Assembly: GCA_963773065.1 (NCBI GenBank)
Contig: CAVYZN010000011.1
Span: forward strand, 256,001 to 320,000
DNA: 64,000 nt
Reading direction: 5' to 3'
DNA from: an uncultured Gammaproteobacteria bacterium
GTDB lineage: Bacteria; Pseudomonadota; Gammaproteobacteria; UBA9214
Shown here: positions 59,757 through 64,000 of the stretch, piece by piece
Position numbering within the stretch: position 1 is the stretch's first letter
Layout of the letters: every line of letters starts with the position of its first letter
Program-made: the position numbers and the translations under genes
Notes under the pieces: generated by a model
What the model saw: only the letters and a program-made list of their open reading frames with translations
Databases searched by the model: none
Told to the model about the DNA's origin: nothing

Positions 59757-59843
59757 GGAACATGGCCTTGAGTTCCAGTCTTCTTGGTCTGCGCGCACTT
59801 CAGGCAACGCGCCGCCTACATTTGCCGTCGTATGTTGGGATCC

Positions 59844-61133
59844 TCAGCAGAATCTGTGGGTGAGCTGTGGCTCGGGTAGCGCCCCAAGTTTATGATAAAG
59901 CATAATCTTTATCGCCTTCGCGGTTCGAAATCCGTAGGATGTTCTGATACTCGCCTTGAGTTTGTTGTTCAGGCCCTCGACTGCGCCGAGTGAGACTTCA
60001 TCGCGCGCCTCGAACCAGTTCAGGATAAGCGGCTTGTGCGTACGGATCATGCGTGCGATCTTCTTCATCGGCTCAAGGCGCGATCGCATCACCTTTTTGC
60101 ACCATTGGTCCAGGAACTTTTCCGCCCACGCCGGGGAGACATACTCCCAAAACAGCTGGAACTCTTCCTTGAGCAGGTAGGCCCGTATGGATTTCAGGTT
60201 GTACAAGAGCAGATCCTTGAGCTTGGTCGCCTGGTTCTCGTTCAAGTTCTCAGGGCGCTTCAACAGACACCAGCGCGAGTGCGTGAGGATCACCTTCGCT
60301 CCTTTAGCGAGGAGTTTCAGAGCGTGTGTTTCCTTCGCGCGAACCTCATCGATGGCTTTGTTCATCTTGGCGGCAATGTGATAGCGATCCAGGATGTTCA
60401 GCGCGTTGGGTGCGTGCTTGGCGATGACATTAAGATAGGGCTTCCACATGTCCGAGCAGACGAACTCGATGAGCGCACTACGTTCCTTGCCGAACCAGAC
60501 GAAGAACTTACGCAGGCTCTTCTCTTGTCGATCCTCGATGACAAACAACAGCCGCTTCATACCCTGGTTGATCTGATACACCAGCGTGAGGAACTTGCCC
60601 TTCTTCCAGTAGATTTCATCCACGCCGATAGCCGAAATACCGGTGAGATCCATGCGTTCGCGTCCCCAGATCACCGCCATCTCGACGGAGCGAAATACGC
60701 TCTCCCAGCTGGTCTGGAAGCGCCGGGATACCACCTGCCAGCTCAGCAGTTTGGCCCAACTGGCGAGGAACCAGGCAAAACTCTGCGTGACCGGGCGCTT
60801 GCCCAAGGCCCACGGTAGATGCTCCACGTGAATACCACACCGAACGCACTCCAGCCGCCGTGGCGCGTACACGAACCAAGTCGTCATTCCCCACAGTGGC
60901 ACAAATTGAAAGCACCGCTCCGCCAGCCTGTCGTACCCCGGCGCCGGCAACAGGCACTGCGAGCACTTGCCATGCTTGCCCTGATGCGCGCGAAGACCGA
61001 TCTCGATGCTCGGCACACAGGCGGACAAGCTCCCCCTTCGAGTGCCGACCGCCGTGCTGATTCGGCTCGACTCATAGACAAACCCCTTCATCGGCTCAAC
61101 GCGGTTGAGCAGCGTCTTCAATGCAAGGTGCAT
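59844..61133 (-). CDS. ISL3-family transposase
   Basis: Zinc finger, IGVDE, CSDMW..Y, DRYHI, EGLNNKLK...SYGFR. Confidence 0.93.
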   Translation of the reverse strand: MHLALKTLLNRVEPMKGFVYESSRISTAVGTRRGSLSACVPSIEIGLRAHQGKHGKCSQCLLPAPGYDRLAERCFQFVPLWGMTTWFVYAPRRLECVRCGIHVEHLPWALGKRPVTQSFAWFLASWAKLLSWQVVSRRFQTSWESVFRSVEMAVIWGRERMDLTGISAIGVDEIYWKKGKFLTLVYQINQGMKRLLFVIEDRQEKSLRKFFVWFGKERSALIEFVCSDMWKPYLNVIAKHAPNALNILDRYHIAAKMNKAIDEVRAKETHALKLLAKGAKVILTHSRWCLLKRPENLNENQATKLKDLLLYNLKSIRAYLLKEEFQLFWEYVSPAWAEKFLDQWCKKVMRSRLEPMKKIARMIRTHKPLILNWFEARDEVSLGAVEGLNNKLKASIRTSYGFRTAKAIKIMLYHKLGALPEPQLTHRFC

Positions 61134-61162
61134 GGATCATCCAGTTCTGGGAAAATCGGAGT

Positions 61163-61435
61163 ATGCGGAACTGGCTCACCCTACTCAAGCGCAAAAACCC
61201 CCACGCCACCTCTGGCATCTGCGAGCAGTGCTCAAGCACTTCGCTCAAACGAAAGATCGCCACCTACCCGGTCGATCTTAATGGCAGGCTCGCCGGCAGA
61301 CGCATCGATGTCTACCGTGTTGAACTTGATCAATGCCGAAAATGTGGCCATCTCATGCCCACCACAGAGGGACAAGCCAAGGTCAAACGCTGTGTCAAAA
61401 TAGGAAGAAATATCTTCCTTAAAAACCTCAACTAG
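61163..61435 (+). CDS. Small zinc-ribbon (YgiT/MqsA-like) passenger gene inside the ISL3
   Basis: CEQC...CRKCG; RBS GGAG; lies within the IS ends, divergent from the transposase. Confidence 0.6.
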   Translation: MRNWLTLLKRKNPHATSGICEQCSSTSLKRKIATYPVDLNGRLAGRRIDVYRVELDQCRKCGHLMPTTEGQAKVKRCVKIGRNIFLKNLN

Positions 61436-61836
61436 CCACACCGGCTACCCACATTTTGTGCGGAATAGCCGTATGTTGCAACGCGCTTTTTGCTGGAATC
61501 AGTCGCAGGGAGTTCTGATAGCTCGTGGGCGGGTGCCGTTTTGCCGCGGAAGTACCAGGCACGCAAGATGGGTCGCTTTCATCCGATCCAAAAGTTCAAG
61601 AAGGCAAGAGAGGACGGCAGCCCAGAATACAGGGACTTTTATGTTCCCAGTCCAACAACTGCTATCACGGAGGCTTTGGTGCTCGCGAACATGGCTTCCT
61701 CTCCGGCCTTTGCGAAGCCAAGAAACGTATTTAGCTATTGGTGGCCAAACCGGCATGAATGTCCGTACAACTTCGAACAGTACGCGCCCGATGCCGGTAG
61801 CGCGTGGGTCTTCGGCTTCGGCGGCGGCGGCCAGGT

Positions 61837-63145
<1,309 letters not shown>

Positions 63146-64000
63146 CTACGTTAAAGGATATAGAGCGCGCAATCGGGCAATTGAGCAGTATCTTGAGAAA
63201 AATAGGGACGTCGTGTTGGTCGTCTCGGATATTGAGAAGTTCTATCCCAGCATTTTGAGGAATCGAGTCACTGTACGGTTCAATACATCATTGCGCGAAA
63301 GTGCGATTGCCAAGGATGTGCAGGCCACTGCTTCGACCTTGTTGGAGCACCTTTTCGCCGGAGTGCCCGGAGATAGAGGTGTCGCAACAGGCCCGGAGTT
63401 GAGTCACGTGATTGGTGACTTTGCGCTCAACCGCGTGGATGAAGTGCTAGCAGAGAGGTATGGGGATGCATACTTTCGGTATGTTGACGACATTGTTCTC
63501 GCGGTCCCGCCTGGCGAGAAGGAAAGTGCGATTAGGTTGTTAACTGATCTTGTTGCGAATGAAGAGCTGACTATCCACCGAGACAAGACTGATGTTGTCT
63601 CAAGCGATGAATGGCTAGAGCATGGACCCCACCACACACATCGTATCGAGGAGAATTCGTTTGAAGCTCTTGTATTTATGCTCAAGGTTTACCTTCTCCG
63701 CAACCCTGATGCAGAAACGGCTTTAGCGGAACGTTTGAAAGCAAATGGGTTCGCAATTCCATTGGAACGTATTAGTTGGGCAGGGCGGAGTGGTTCCTTT
63801 TTGTGACCGTCTCACCCGGTTAAGACGAAGGGGATGGTGGGTCGCAATTCGAGCCCTGGTTGCTCGCGAGCGCGATGTGCTGGAGAAGGCGCAGATAGTA
63901 CGCAAGGAGGTACGCGAATCACTAGACAGACTTCTCGCTGCAAATATGCCGCAGGGATCGACCCGCAGAAGGTGGTTCGTTCAGCGTCTTCGATATTTAA

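Larger units (their letters stand above)
59838..61470 (-). mobile_element. ISL3-family element with 8-bp TSD GTATGTTG
   Basis: IRs GGATCCTCAGCAGAATCTGTGGGT and (rev. comp.) GGCTATTCCGCACAAAATGTGGGT; TSD at 59830-59837 and 61471-61478. Confidence 0.95.

Overview
GC-rich gammaproteobacterial chromosome segment (gene set resembles Chromatiales/Thiohalobacter-like sulfur bacteria; inference). Many single-base frameshifts hit essential genes (valS, holC, lptF, gpmI), so most frameshifts are probably sequencing indels rather than real pseudogenes. Three zones: (1) 1-8.4 kb, an AT-rich, IS3-riddled island with a Xanthomonas-type DSF quorum-sensing cluster (rpfF convergent on rpfG-rpfC) and a perfect CRP/Clp box upstream of rpfG. 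(2) 8.6-52 kb, backbone and accessory genes: valS-holC-pepA-lptFG, tRNA-Glu(CTC), pcnB-folK-dNK-panBCD, gpmI, pfkB-family kinase, a cfa-like methyltransferase plus GGR-like reductase pair, SulP, a metzincin, double-length UvrA, a Clp1-kinase/RNase Z fusion next to a MazG-like gene, and two Slp lipoproteins. (3) 52.5-64 kb, a defence island: type I hsdR, ORF6N genes, a RelE-type TA pair and hsdS. These are followed by a tightly coupled SAM-methyltransferase-like gene and a non-retron, non-DGR, non-intron reverse transcriptase. The RT is hidden because an ISL3 (8-bp TSD) and an IS3 split it into three pieces, but it can be rebuilt in frame. This MTase+RT cassette inside an R-M operon is the best candidate for a little-characterised system. 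REP-like palindromes are repeatedly inserted in frame into uvrA, hsdR and hsdS.
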